From NCBI GenBank assembly GCA_041672565.1, contig JBAYZJ010000001.1, positions 1-34,359 of the forward strand: 34,359 bases of DNA, given 5' to 3'. Positions 1 through 8,000 of this stretch are shown here, piece by piece. The notes under the pieces are model-generated. The model saw only the letters and a list, made by a program, of their open reading frames with translations, was not told where the DNA came from and did no database searches. Origin of the DNA: Endomicrobiaceae bacterium (GTDB taxonomy: Bacteria; Elusimicrobiota; Endomicrobiia; Endomicrobiales; Endomicrobiaceae). The translations under genes and the position numbers were made by a program. The stretch's first letter is position 1. Each line of letters opens with the position of its first letter.

Positions 1-645
1 TGCCACTGCGCATCCGGAATCGTTATGGGTGTGTATTCCTAAAGAAGTATTTGGAAATTCTTTTTTTATTTCGGAAACGATTTTTTGAATATCTAACGGG
101 AGTATTCCTCCGTTCGTCTCGCATAGACATACGATATTAGATCCTGCTTTAACTGCAGCTCTGACGGTTTCAACTGCATATTCTTTATTATTTATATATC
201 CGTCAAAAAAATGTTCCGCATCATATATGACTTCTAATTTTTTTGATTTCAAAAAGGATACGGTATCAAAAATCATTTTTAAATTTTCTTCTTTTGTCGT
301 TTTTAGAGCATATTCAACGTGTAAATCCCATGATTTTCCGAAAATACAGGCGGCTTTTACTCCCGAATTTATTATCTTTTTTAAACTTTCGTCCTGATCA
401 GTCGTTATATTTTTTCTTCTTGTTGCTCCGAAAGCCACCAATTTTGAATTTTTAAATTTATTTTTAACGGATTTAAAAAATTCTTCATCTTTTGGATTAG
501 AACCCGGCCAGCCGCATTCAATATATGATACGCCGAAAGAGTCTAGAGCTGCGGCTATTTTCATTTTATCTTCAACCGAAAAAGAAATCCCTGCCCCCTG
601 TGATCCGTCTCTAAGAGTTGTATCAAATATTTTTATTTGTTTCAT
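1..645 (-). CDS. cimA: Citramalate synthase / 2-isopropylmalate synthase family, N-terminal 215 codons (3' end runs off the window)
   Basis: Absent from the ORF track because it is open at position 1. Hand translation from the ATG (complement of 643-645) gives MKQIKIFDTTLRDGSQGAGISFSVEDKMKIAAALDSFGVSYIECGWPGSNPKDEEFF...GIHTHNDSGCAVA, with no in-frame stop down to position 1. DTTLRDGxQ and HxHND are HMGL-like/LeuA-CimA signatures. GWPGSNPKD is, from memory, the CimA-type rather than LeuA-type variant. SD GAGGA lies 7 nt upstream. Confidence 0.8.
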   Translation of the reverse strand, partial: MKQIKIFDTTLRDGSQGAGISFSVEDKMKIAAALDSFGVSYIECGWPGSNPKDEEFFKSVKNKFKNSKLVAFGATRRKNITTDQDESLKKIINSGVKAACIFGKSWDLHVEYALKTTKEENLKMIFDTVSFLKSKKLEVIYDAEHFFDGYINNKEYAVETVRAAVKAGSNIVCLCETNGGILPLDIQKIVSEIKKEFPNTSLGIHTHNDSGCAVA

Positions 646-669
646 TTAGCTGTCCTCTTTTTCGGGTTC

Positions 670-1899
670 TTATTTTTTGTTTAATTTGAAGCCTTTGTGA
701 AGTTCGGATACGGCTTTGTTCAAATCAACTTCGTCTATAACGCATGAAACCTTAATTTCGCTTGTTGAGATCATTTCGATGTTAATGCCGTTTTTTGCAA
801 GAATTTCAAACATTTTAGATGCAACGCCGGCATGGCTTTTCATTCCTATGCCGACTACGGAAACTTTTGCGACATGCTCATCACATACTACTGAATGCGC
901 TTTCAATTCTTTTGCAAGCTGATCGATTTTCATTTGGGTTTTTTTCAAATCCGCTTTGCTTACCGTAAAAGAAATATCATTTTTCTTATCAAGAGCGGCA
1001 GATTGTATAATCATATCGACGTTAATTCCGAGTTTTGCAAGACTTCCGAAAATTTTTGCCGCCATTCCCGGAATATCCGGCAAATCTATAAGTGAAAATT
1101 TGACTTGATTTTTGTCAAAGGTTACTGCCGAAACCATAAGAGCTTCCATTTGTTTCCTCCCGATTTTATCTTCGCTTACTATAAAAGTTCCTTCTTTTTC
1201 CGAAAAAGTAGATCTGACATGTATTTCAATTCCGTATTTCTTTGCTACTTCTATGCTCCTTGCCTGCATTACCTGGGCGCCTGACCCGGCCATTTCAAGC
1301 ATTTCTTCATATGAAATTGTTTCTATTTTTTTAGCGTCTTTGACGACTCTGGGATCTGTTGTAAATACACCTTCGACATCTGTATATATCTCGCATATGT
1401 TTGCCTGCATCTGGGCTGCCAAAGCTACTGCTGTCAAATCCGAACCGCCTCTTCCCAAAGTGGCGATATCATCGTTTGGATTTAGTCCCTGAAAGCCTGC
1501 AACGATTACAATATTATTCTTTTCCAAAAAAGAAAAAATCTTCTTAGGCACAATTTTCTCTACTCTTGCTTTTAAATGTTCGCTGTCGGTCAAAATACCT
1601 GCCTGCGGACCGGTTAAGGCAACTGCGCTGTGACCCATTGACTGTATAGCCATAGCAAGCAGCGAAATAGAAACCTGTTCCCCAGTGGATAACAGCATGT
1701 CCATTTCTCTTGGATTAGGTTCGGCCGTTATTTTTTCGCTCATTGTGATTAAATCATCCGTCATATCGCCAGGAGCAGAAACTACAACGACAATTTTATT
1801 TCCGCCTTTCTTTCTTGCGATGATTTTACCCGCAACATGTTTAATTTTTTCACTGTCTGCTACTGAAGACCCGCCAAACTTCATAACTATTAATGCCAT
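670..1899 (-). CDS. lysC: Aspartate kinase (monofunctional, with C-terminal ACT domains)
   Basis: 409-aa ORF. N-terminus is MALIVMKFGGSSVADSEKI (KFGGSSV kinase motif), followed by GGSDLTAVALAA and a C-terminal ACT-like region (VSVVGIGM...ISTSEIKVS). SD GGAGA lies upstream. Confidence 0.92.
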   Translation of the reverse strand: MALIVMKFGGSSVADSEKIKHVAGKIIARKKGGNKIVVVVSAPGDMTDDLITMSEKITAEPNPREMDMLLSTGEQVSISLLAMAIQSMGHSAVALTGPQAGILTDSEHLKARVEKIVPKKIFSFLEKNNIVIVAGFQGLNPNDDIATLGRGGSDLTAVALAAQMQANICEIYTDVEGVFTTDPRVVKDAKKIETISYEEMLEMAGSGAQVMQARSIEVAKKYGIEIHVRSTFSEKEGTFIVSEDKIGRKQMEALMVSAVTFDKNQVKFSLIDLPDIPGMAAKIFGSLAKLGINVDMIIQSAALDKKNDISFTVSKADLKKTQMKIDQLAKELKAHSVVCDEHVAKVSVVGIGMKSHAGVASKMFEILAKNGINIEMISTSEIKVSCVIDEVDLNKAVSELHKGFKLNKK

Positions 1900-1914
1900 A
1901 GCACTTCTCCACTT

Positions 1915-2835
1915 TTAAATTAGCTTTACGCCGTCGCTGTCAAAATCCAGTGTAAACTGTTTTACAGGAACAGTTTCTTTCTTCCATACGCCTGCCATAA
2001 CTTTTGATACTTCTTTTGCTTTTTTTGAACTGCAAAACGCAATCATTGAAGGTCCTGAACCTGACAAACAAGCGCCGTACGCTCCGGCTTTAACTGCAGA
2101 AGAAATCAGTTCCTGCATTACCGGTATCAATTTTGCCCTGTAAGGCTGATGTATTTTATCCTGCATTGCCTGTCCGAGCAATTTAAAGTCGTTTGTGCAG
2201 AAAGCCTTTGTTAAAAGAGCTATTCTGGCACCGTTAAAAGTTATATCTTTTATATCATATTTTTTAGGAAGGATGTTCCTTGATCTTTCGGTTGAGAGCT
2301 CAAATCCCGGAGTGCATACAACAGCCTGCATCTTAGGAGTAGGAAGTTTGACAACCTCAAATTTGTCTTTTTGGCTGATTATGGAAATACAGATTCCTCC
2401 GTAAAATGCCGGAACTATGTTGTCGGGATGTCCTTCAAGTTTAATTCCGAGATCAAGCATTTCTGATTTTGTAAGTTTGTTTCCGCATATTTCATTAGCT
2501 GCTACTATTCCCGCCGTTCTTGCGGCAGAAGAAGAACCCAGACCTGAACTCAAAGGAATATTGTTGGTTAATTTTATATTAAAACTGGCGATATTATACT
2601 TTTCTCTGACATCTAAAAGTCCGAAAACGGCATCCATCGCTTTCCAAAGAATATTCTTTTCATTTTTAGGGAGTATTTTTTTGCCTTCTCCGACTATTAT
2701 GAATTTTGATTTTTTAGGGTCATGCGATAAAGAAATTTCTAATTCGTTGTAAATAGACAAAGACGCTCCGAAAATATCAAAACCAGGACCTAAATTAGCT
2801 GTTGTTGCAGGAACTTTGACTTTAATTTTTTTCAT
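1915..2835 (-). CDS. thrB: Homoserine kinase (GHMP kinase family)
   Basis: MKKIKVKVPATTANLGPGFD at the N-terminus and the GHMP motif PLSSGLGSSSAA. The ORF-track start at 2877 is a TTG. The ATG at 2835 matches the usual ThrB N-terminus and forms an ATGA overlap with the thiC stop (2832-2834). Confidence 0.88.
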   Translation of the reverse strand: MKKIKVKVPATTANLGPGFDIFGASLSIYNELEISLSHDPKKSKFIIVGEGKKILPKNEKNILWKAMDAVFGLLDVREKYNIASFNIKLTNNIPLSSGLGSSSAARTAGIVAANEICGNKLTKSEMLDLGIKLEGHPDNIVPAFYGGICISIISQKDKFEVVKLPTPKMQAVVCTPGFELSTERSRNILPKKYDIKDITFNGARIALLTKAFCTNDFKLLGQAMQDKIHQPYRAKLIPVMQELISSAVKAGAYGACLSGSGPSMIAFCSSKKAKEVSKVMAGVWKKETVPVKQFTLDFDSDGVKLI

Positions 2836-4100
2836 AATTCTTCTTTCATTGAGCAAAAATCTCCGCACATAGTGCAAACATCGTTATGTTTAGGCAGCAG
2901 CTTTGCTCTTTCCTTTTCAAATTTTATAGGATCTATGGAAAATTCTTTTTGTTTTTCCCAGTTTCTTTCTTTTCTCCATTTAGATATCTCAAAATCCTGT
3001 TGTCTTGCGCCTTGTACGTTTTTGTCGATATCAGCGCTGTGTCCTGCTATTCTTGCGGCAATAACCCCGTCATAAACATCCTGAACGTTTGGAAGTCTTA
3101 GATGCTCTGCAGGAGTTACATAACATATAAAATCAACTCCGTAAGAAGCAGCCAAAGCTCCGCCTATTGCTGATGTTATATGATCATATCCCGGAGCTAT
3201 ATCTGTAACAAGCGGTCCTAAAAAATAAAGAGGAGCATTGTGCCCGAGCCTTTTTGCCAAAAAGACATTAGCCTGAATTTGATCCAAAGGCATATGTCCC
3301 GGACCTTCTATCATTGTCTGGACTCCTTCTTTCCTTGCTCTTAAAACAAGGTCGCCGAGAATAGATAATTCCGATATTTGCGGTCCGTCAGAAGCATCAA
3401 AAGAACATCCCGGTCTAAAACCGTCTCCGAGACTTAAAGTAATATCGTATTTTTTTGCTATTTTCAAAAGTCTGTCATACTGTTCGTAATAAGGATTTTC
3501 TTTTTTATTGGCGTTTATCCATTTTACAAGAAAAGAACCTCCTCTGCTTACGACTCCCGTGTGTCTTGGCTGTCTTTTTAATACTTCCACAGTTTCTCTG
3601 TTTACTCCGCAATGAATAGTCATAAAGTCTACGCCTTCTTCCGCCTGCTCTTCAATAACGTCAAACATAAGTTCTGGATCCATTTGGGATATTTTTTTCT
3701 TTTGTTTAACAGTTTGGCATGCAGCCTGATAGACAGGTACGGTTCCTACGCAGACAGGACATTGCGCGAGAATTTCTTTTCTGATTTCTATTAAATTGCC
3801 GCCTGTTGACAAATCCATTATTGCGTCTGCGCCTGCTTTAACGGCAATATTCATTTTTTCAATTTCTTCTTCTATTGATATGTGGTCGGGAGAAGTGCCG
3901 AGGTTTGCGTTGACTTTAGTTTTTAATCCTTGTCCTACGGCAACGGTTCTTTGTAAATTTCTTTTAATGTTTTTCGGTATTACGATAGTTCCTTCTTTTA
4001 TGCCGTTAAGTATTATTTCAGGCTTTATTTTTTCATAATCCGAAACTTCAGATATTTCTTTTGTTATTATATTTTTGCCTGCATCGTTCATTAAACCCAT
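2832..4100 (-). CDS. thiC: Phosphomethylpyrimidine (HMP-P) synthase, short form
   Basis: 422 aa. Contains VNANLGTSPD and DFMTIHCGV, and a C-terminal CX2CX4C Fe-S motif (CTMCGDFCS) typical of ThiC. Confidence 0.92.
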   Translation of the reverse strand: MGLMNDAGKNIITKEISEVSDYEKIKPEIILNGIKEGTIVIPKNIKRNLQRTVAVGQGLKTKVNANLGTSPDHISIEEEIEKMNIAVKAGADAIMDLSTGGNLIEIRKEILAQCPVCVGTVPVYQAACQTVKQKKKISQMDPELMFDVIEEQAEEGVDFMTIHCGVNRETVEVLKRQPRHTGVVSRGGSFLVKWINANKKENPYYEQYDRLLKIAKKYDITLSLGDGFRPGCSFDASDGPQISELSILGDLVLRARKEGVQTMIEGPGHMPLDQIQANVFLAKRLGHNAPLYFLGPLVTDIAPGYDHITSAIGGALAASYGVDFICYVTPAEHLRLPNVQDVYDGVIAARIAGHSADIDKNVQGARQQDFEISKWRKERNWEKQKEFSIDPIKFEKERAKLLPKHNDVCTMCGDFCSMKEEL

Positions 4101-4747
4101 TATTGAATCCTTCCTTCCCGTTCGGTTTTAAATATTATATTTTTTATATCTTCTGCTTCTTTTTTTATGTCTTTAGCTCCGCATACTGCTCTTACTACTG
4201 CAATTCCGTCTGCTCCGGCCCGTATGACGTCCGCGACATTCGTTTTGTCAATTCCGCCGATAGCAATTATTGGCGCTTTAACCGAGTTCTGTTTTTTTAT
4301 CGCAGATAAAACATCCAACCCTCTTTCTTGCGATTCAGGTTTTGTTATTGTTGCAAAAACAGCTCCGTAGCCGATGTAATCAACAGGTTTGTCTGAGGCT
4401 GCAATAACCTGTTCATACGTTGACGCAGAAAGTCCTATGATTTTAGAATCTCCAATGAGTTTCCTTGCATATTCCGGCGGTAAATCATTTTGCCCTATAT
4501 GTACTCCGTCGCTCTTTGCGATATCGGCAATATCTATTCTGTTGTTTACCGTAAAATAAACATTGTATTTTTTGCATATTTTCTGCAAATTTACTGAAAT
4601 ATTAAACAAATCCATATCAGGCAGTTTTTTGTCTCTCAGCTGTATCATGTCAGCTCCGCCCTGACAGGCAAGAGTAACCTGTTCCTCGTAAGAGATATCT
4701 TCTCTCGGACATGTAATACATAAAAGTTTTATTTTTCTCAATAACAT
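4100..4747 (-). CDS. thiE: Thiamine-phosphate synthase
   Basis: 215 aa. Contains IQLRDKK, DGVHIGQNDLP and AIGGI, typical TMP-TENI/ThiE motifs. Its stop TAA overlaps the thiC ATG by 1 nt (TAATG). Confidence 0.88.
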   Translation of the reverse strand: MLLRKIKLLCITCPREDISYEEQVTLACQGGADMIQLRDKKLPDMDLFNISVNLQKICKKYNVYFTVNNRIDIADIAKSDGVHIGQNDLPPEYARKLIGDSKIIGLSASTYEQVIAASDKPVDYIGYGAVFATITKPESQERGLDVLSAIKKQNSVKAPIIAIGGIDKTNVADVIRAGADGIAVVRAVCGAKDIKKEAEDIKNIIFKTEREGRIQ

Positions 4748-4783
4748 TTTATAACCTAAAATTAAGTAAATATATATTTTTTC

Positions 4784-4812
4784 ATTATATCAACTCATAT
4801 GTTAAAAATCAA
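4784..4812 (-). promoter_or_regulatory. Sigma70-like promoter for the thiE operon (-35 TTGATT, 17-nt spacer, -10 TATAAT)
   Basis: Read on the minus strand, TTGATT is the complement of 4807-4812 and TATAAT is the complement of 4784-4789, with an exact 17-nt spacer. This predicts a 5'UTR of only about 30 nt before the thiE ATG at 4747. Confidence 0.5.
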
Positions 4813-4843
4813 GTTATTAATACGTGCCGAAATTTAATTATAA

Positions 4844-4872
4844 TTGATTTTTATATCAATATTTGATAAAGT
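4844..4872 (+). promoter_or_regulatory. Candidate sigma70-like promoter for the plus-strand gene array (-35 TTGATT, 17 nt, -10 TAAAGT)
   Basis: TTGATT at 4844-4849 and TAAAGT at 4867-4872. The -10 ends only 8 nt before the ATG at 4881 and no SD is present, so the transcript would be near-leaderless. AT-rich context makes chance matches likely. Confidence 0.3.
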
Positions 4873-4880
4873 CCAATACA

Positions 4881-5354
4881 ATGGATATATGTTTAGGTTT
4901 TAAAAAAATAAATAAAAATAATTACCAAAAATTTATAAATAAGAAAAATGAATTAATGTCCGAAAGGTTTAAATTAGTTGATTTTTCAGACAGAATTATC
5001 TTTGTCCCGCATTGTATGAGAAATACTAAGATGTGTAAGGCGAAAGACGAGGGCAGCTATTATATATGCATGCAGTGCAAAAAATGTAAGATAGCGGATA
5101 TTTTTCTGCTTTCAAAAGAGCTCGGGTATAAAAATTTTTATATTATGAAAGGCGGCAAAGCCATACAAAATATATTGAAGAAAGAAAAACCGAAAGCGGT
5201 TATAGGAATAGCATGTTTTTTTGAAGGCGCGCAGGCTATAAAAATGACTGATAAAGAAAAAATACTTGTTCAGTTTATACCCTTGCTGAAAGACGGTTGT
5301 TGTGACACTGATATTGATTTGGAAGAAGCAAAAAAAATAATAAAATTAAGATGA
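4881..5354 (+). CDS. Cys-rich protein of unknown function, DUF116-like
   Basis: FVPHCMRNTKMCKAKDEGSYYICMQCKKCKI ... GIACFFEG ... DGCCDTD resembles the conserved cysteine pattern of DUF116 as I remember it. The ORF-track start at 4863 is a TTG; the first ATG is 4881. The start is uncertain, since M at 4956 is also possible. Confidence 0.55.
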   Translation: MDICLGFKKINKNNYQKFINKKNELMSERFKLVDFSDRIIFVPHCMRNTKMCKAKDEGSYYICMQCKKCKIADIFLLSKELGYKNFYIMKGGKAIQNILKKEKPKAVIGIACFFEGAQAIKMTDKEKILVQFIPLLKDGCCDTDIDLEEAKKIIKLR

Positions 5355-5360
5355 GGATTT

Positions 5361-7046
5361 ATGGATAAACTGAAGTTTAGCGAATTAAATTTATCGGCGG
5401 AAGTATTAAAAGCTGTTGCGGATATGGGGTTTGAAGAGGCAACGCCTATACAGTCTCTCGCCATACCGAAAATGATAGAAGGTTTGGATATAATAGGACA
5501 GGCTCAGACAGGTACAGGAAAGACTGCCGCATTCGGTATTCCTTTACTTGAAAAAGTTTCGACTAAAATAAAGGGAACGCAGGCTCTTATTATGTGTCCT
5601 ACGAGAGAATTAGCTATACAGGTTGCCGAAGAACTCAAATTGTTGTCAAAGTATAAAAAAGGTTTAAATATTGTTCCTGTTTACGGAGGCCAGCCTATTG
5701 TCAGACAAATGGCTGCTCTTTCAAGGGGCGCTCATATTATTATAGGTACGCCTGGCAGAATAATAGACCATATAGAAAGAAGAACGCTGAAACTTAACGA
5801 TACCAAAGTAGTTGTTCTTGATGAAGCTGACGAAATGCTTGATATGGGTTTTAGAGATGATATAGAGTTAATCCTTAAAAGTTTGCCTGAAGAAAGACAA
5901 ACAGTGTTTTTTTCAGCAACAATGCCGAAAGAATTTTTAGCGCTTACAAAAAGATATCAAATTCACCCTGAAAATATAAAAGTCGTTCACGAAAAACTTA
6001 CTGTTCCTCTGACGGAACAACTTTATTGCGAAGTGAGGGAGCAGCAAAAATTGGAAGCTTTATCAAGATGTCTTGATATGTATGACCCGAAACTTTCTCT
6101 TATTTTTTGCAACACTAAAAGAAAAGTTGACGAAGTTTCTTCAAATTTACAGACAAGAGGATATTCAGCCGATGCAATTCACGGGGATATGAACCAAACT
6201 CAGAGGGACAGAGTTATGGCTAAATTCAGAACTTGCAAAATAGAAATACTTGTTGCTACTGATGTTGCGGCAAGAGGAATAGATGTTGATGATGTTGATG
6301 CTGTTTTTAATTATGATATTCCTCAGGATATTGAAGCTTATGTTCACAGAATAGGAAGGACAGGCAGAGCAGGAAGGACAGGCAGAGCTTTCAGTTTTGT
6401 TTCAGGCAGAGATATTTACAAATTAAGGGATATTCAAAGATACACAAAAGTTAACATTAAAAGAGTTCCGGTTCCTTCTTTGGCCGATGTTGAAAATATA
6501 AGAATATCTTCTTTTATGGAAAAATTAAAAGAAAATATTAAGAAAAATAATTCTGATAAATATATAAGTAAAATAGAATCATTAATTTCTGATGATATAA
6601 CTTCAATAGATGTCGCTGCAGCCCTTTTTGAAATGATGTTAAATGACCAAAATGTTGAAAAACAAAATTCAGATATAGATTTGTTTGTTAACCCGTCAAG
6701 CGCTGAAAATTTTAGAGACAGAAACGGAGACAGAGATAGAAACAGGGGCAGAGACAGAAACCGTTCAAGAGAAAAAAGTCATAAACGCGGCAATACTCCT
6801 GAACCCGGTATGACAAGACTTTTTATGAGTATAGGTAAAAATAAAAAAGTAAGACCTGGTGATTTTGTCGGAGCTATTGCCGGAGAAACGGGGTTAAACG
6901 GTGAAATTGTCGGAAGCATAGATATTTTTGATAAATATTCTTTTGTCGAAGTTCCGAATGAATATGCCAACCGCGTGATAGAATCTCTGAATAACAGTAA
7001 TATAAAAGGTCATAAAGTAAATGTAGAAAAATCCCAGGGAAAATAA
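5361..7046 (+). CDS. deaD: ATP-dependent DEAD-box RNA helicase with C-terminal DbpA-type RNA-binding domain (DeaD/CsdA/CshA-like)
   Basis: Q-motif (FEEATPIQ), motif I AQTGTGKT, PTRELA, DEAD (VLDEADEM), SAT, HRIGRTGRAG. The C-terminus (MTRLFMSIGKNKKVRPGDFVGAIAGE...VEVP) is DbpA-domain-like. SD GAGGA lies upstream. Confidence 0.93.
   Translation: MDKLKFSELNLSAEVLKAVADMGFEEATPIQSLAIPKMIEGLDIIGQAQTGTGKTAAFGIPLLEKVSTKIKGTQALIMCPTRELAIQVAEELKLLSKYKKGLNIVPVYGGQPIVRQMAALSRGAHIIIGTPGRIIDHIERRTLKLNDTKVVVLDEADEMLDMGFRDDIELILKSLPEERQTVFFSATMPKEFLALTKRYQIHPENIKVVHEKLTVPLTEQLYCEVREQQKLEALSRCLDMYDPKLSLIFCNTKRKVDEVSSNLQTRGYSADAIHGDMNQTQRDRVMAKFRTCKIEILVATDVAARGIDVDDVDAVFNYDIPQDIEAYVHRIGRTGRAGRTGRAFSFVSGRDIYKLRDIQRYTKVNIKRVPVPSLADVENIRISSFMEKLKENIKKNNSDKYISKIESLISDDITSIDVAAALFEMMLNDQNVEKQNSDIDLFVNPSSAENFRDRNGDRDRNRGRDRNRSREKSHKRGNTPEPGMTRLFMSIGKNKKVRPGDFVGAIAGETGLNGEIVGSIDIFDKYSFVEVPNEYANRVIESLNNSNIKGHKVNVEKSQGK
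6714..6767 (+). repeat. Three tandem 18-nt units (AGAGAYAGAAAC + 6 nt) encoding (RDRNxx)x3 in the helicase linker
   Basis: AGAGACAGAAAC at 6714 and 6750, AGAGATAGAAAC at 6732, giving an exact 18-nt period. It translates as RDRNGD-RDRNRG-RDRNRS, between the helicase core and the DbpA-like domain. Confidence 0.85.
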
Positions 7047-7047
7047 A

Positions 7048-7284
7048 ATGCCATTATTTGAATTTATATGCGGAAATTGCGGTAAACAATTTGAAAAAAT
7101 AGTTTTTTCTATCAACAATGAAACAATAGAATGTCCATTTTGTAAGAGTAAAGACGTAAAAAAGCAGTTTTCAACTTTTTCCGCATCCTCTCATCACCAT
7201 CATAACGGATGCTGTTCTTCATCGTCTTCCGGCTGTATAACTAAAAAGACATCATGCGGTTGCGGCGGTTGTTGCGGGATTTAA
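7048..7284 (+). CDS. FmdB-family zinc-ribbon protein (CxxC...CxxC) with His4 and Cys/Gly-rich tail
   Basis: The N-terminus MPLFEFICGNCGKQFE...ECPFCKSKDVKKQFS matches the FmdB/CxxC_CxxC_SSSS signature. The tail is SSHHHHNGCCSSSSSGCITKKTSCGCGGCCGI. The ATG lies 1 nt after the helicase stop. Confidence 0.75.
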   Translation: MPLFEFICGNCGKQFEKIVFSINNETIECPFCKSKDVKKQFSTFSASSHHHHNGCCSSSSSGCITKKTSCGCGGCCGI

Positions 7285-7301
7285 AAAGGGAATAAAATAT
7301 T

Positions 7302-8000
7302 ATGGCTGAAATATCATATTATTTTGGGATAAAGCTGCATGAAATAAGAAAAGTCTGCGTAATTTGTCCGGTTTCAGACCATATGTTGTTTTCCTGCCTG
7401 GGAAAGTCAAAACAATACAGCGGTTTATTTGCAAGAATAATAAATTATGATAAAGCTACTATAATTTCGACTAAAAATAATTTTTTGGTCGGTGATATTA
7501 TTTTACAGCTGAAGAACACTCCTTGTGAAAATGTTATTTTGTTTGGCAGCTGCGGGGGTGTCGGCGATATTAAAATATCCGATAAAATTATTGTAAAAAA
7601 AGTTTTTAATTTCGAAAGTTTTTCCGAAATGCTTGAAATGAAAAGGTCTCCTGATACATATTATCCTTCCACAATGTTGTTTGAAGAATTTTTATCAAAA
7701 AGCAAAGACAATGATATTTTACAGGTTAAATGCGCCACTACCAGTTCGATACTTTTAGAAAAAGCTTACAACGACTGGTTTGATAAAAATAAAATAAATG
7801 CCGTTGATATGGAGTGTTCTCTCGTTTTCTCAGCGGCTTCTTCAATTAACAGAAAAGCAATAGCATTGCTGTATGTTACAGATCATATTACTTCCGCAGG
7901 CCTTTTTGACAATCAAATGGAAGACGCCCAAAAAGAAAAACTACTTCGTTCAAGGCAGTCTCTTTCAAAATCAATATGCGATTTCATAAATAATGTATAA
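7302..8000 (+). CDS. Nucleoside phosphorylase/nucleosidase superfamily protein (MTAN/PNP_UDP_1 fold), substrate unknown
   Basis: Three motifs are colinear with E. coli MTAN as I recall it: ILFGSCGGVG (cf. NTGSAGGL), AVDMECSLVF (cf. AVEMEATAIA) and LLYVTDH (cf. VRAISD). Confidence 0.6.
   Translation: MAEISYYFGIKLHEIRKVCVICPVSDHMLFSCLGKSKQYSGLFARIINYDKATIISTKNNFLVGDIILQLKNTPCENVILFGSCGGVGDIKISDKIIVKKVFNFESFSEMLEMKRSPDTYYPSTMLFEEFLSKSKDNDILQVKCATTSSILLEKAYNDWFDKNKINAVDMECSLVFSAASSINRKAIALLYVTDHITSAGLFDNQMEDAQKEKLLRSRQSLSKSICDFINNV

Noticed and set aside
243-455. 70-aa plus-strand ORF at the left edge.
   Set aside because: Antisense to the hand-translated cimA reading frame, which carries strong family motifs.
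1112-1492. 126-aa plus-strand ORF. Similar long antisense ORFs are at 26464-26883, 28444-28818, 31152-31658, 32852-33169 and 33312-33686.
   Set aside because: Each lies entirely antisense to a well-supported conserved gene (lysC, proA, DUF58, batB, the coiled-coil gene). Their composition is low-complexity or hydrophobic, and they have no SD or homology cues. They are typical shadow ORFs.
2836-2877. TTG-initiated 14-codon extension of thrB into the thiC 3' end.
   Set aside because: The ATG at 2835 reproduces the usual ThrB N-terminus and forms a classic ATGA coupling overlap with thiC.
4748-4880. Expected a TPP (THI-box) riboswitch upstream of thiE-thiC on the minus strand.
   Set aside because: Reading the reverse complement shows no CUGAGA or GCCAGCG-type conserved core. 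The leader predicted from the TTGATT-17-TATAAT promoter is only about 30 nt. The absence is reported as an observation instead; a covariance-model scan is still needed.
7192-7203. HHHH run in the FmdB-like protein, which could hint at an engineered His-tag.
   Set aside because: There are only four His, they are internal, they use mixed CAT/CAC codons, and they sit in a native-looking Cys/Ser-rich tail. No vector-like sequence is nearby.
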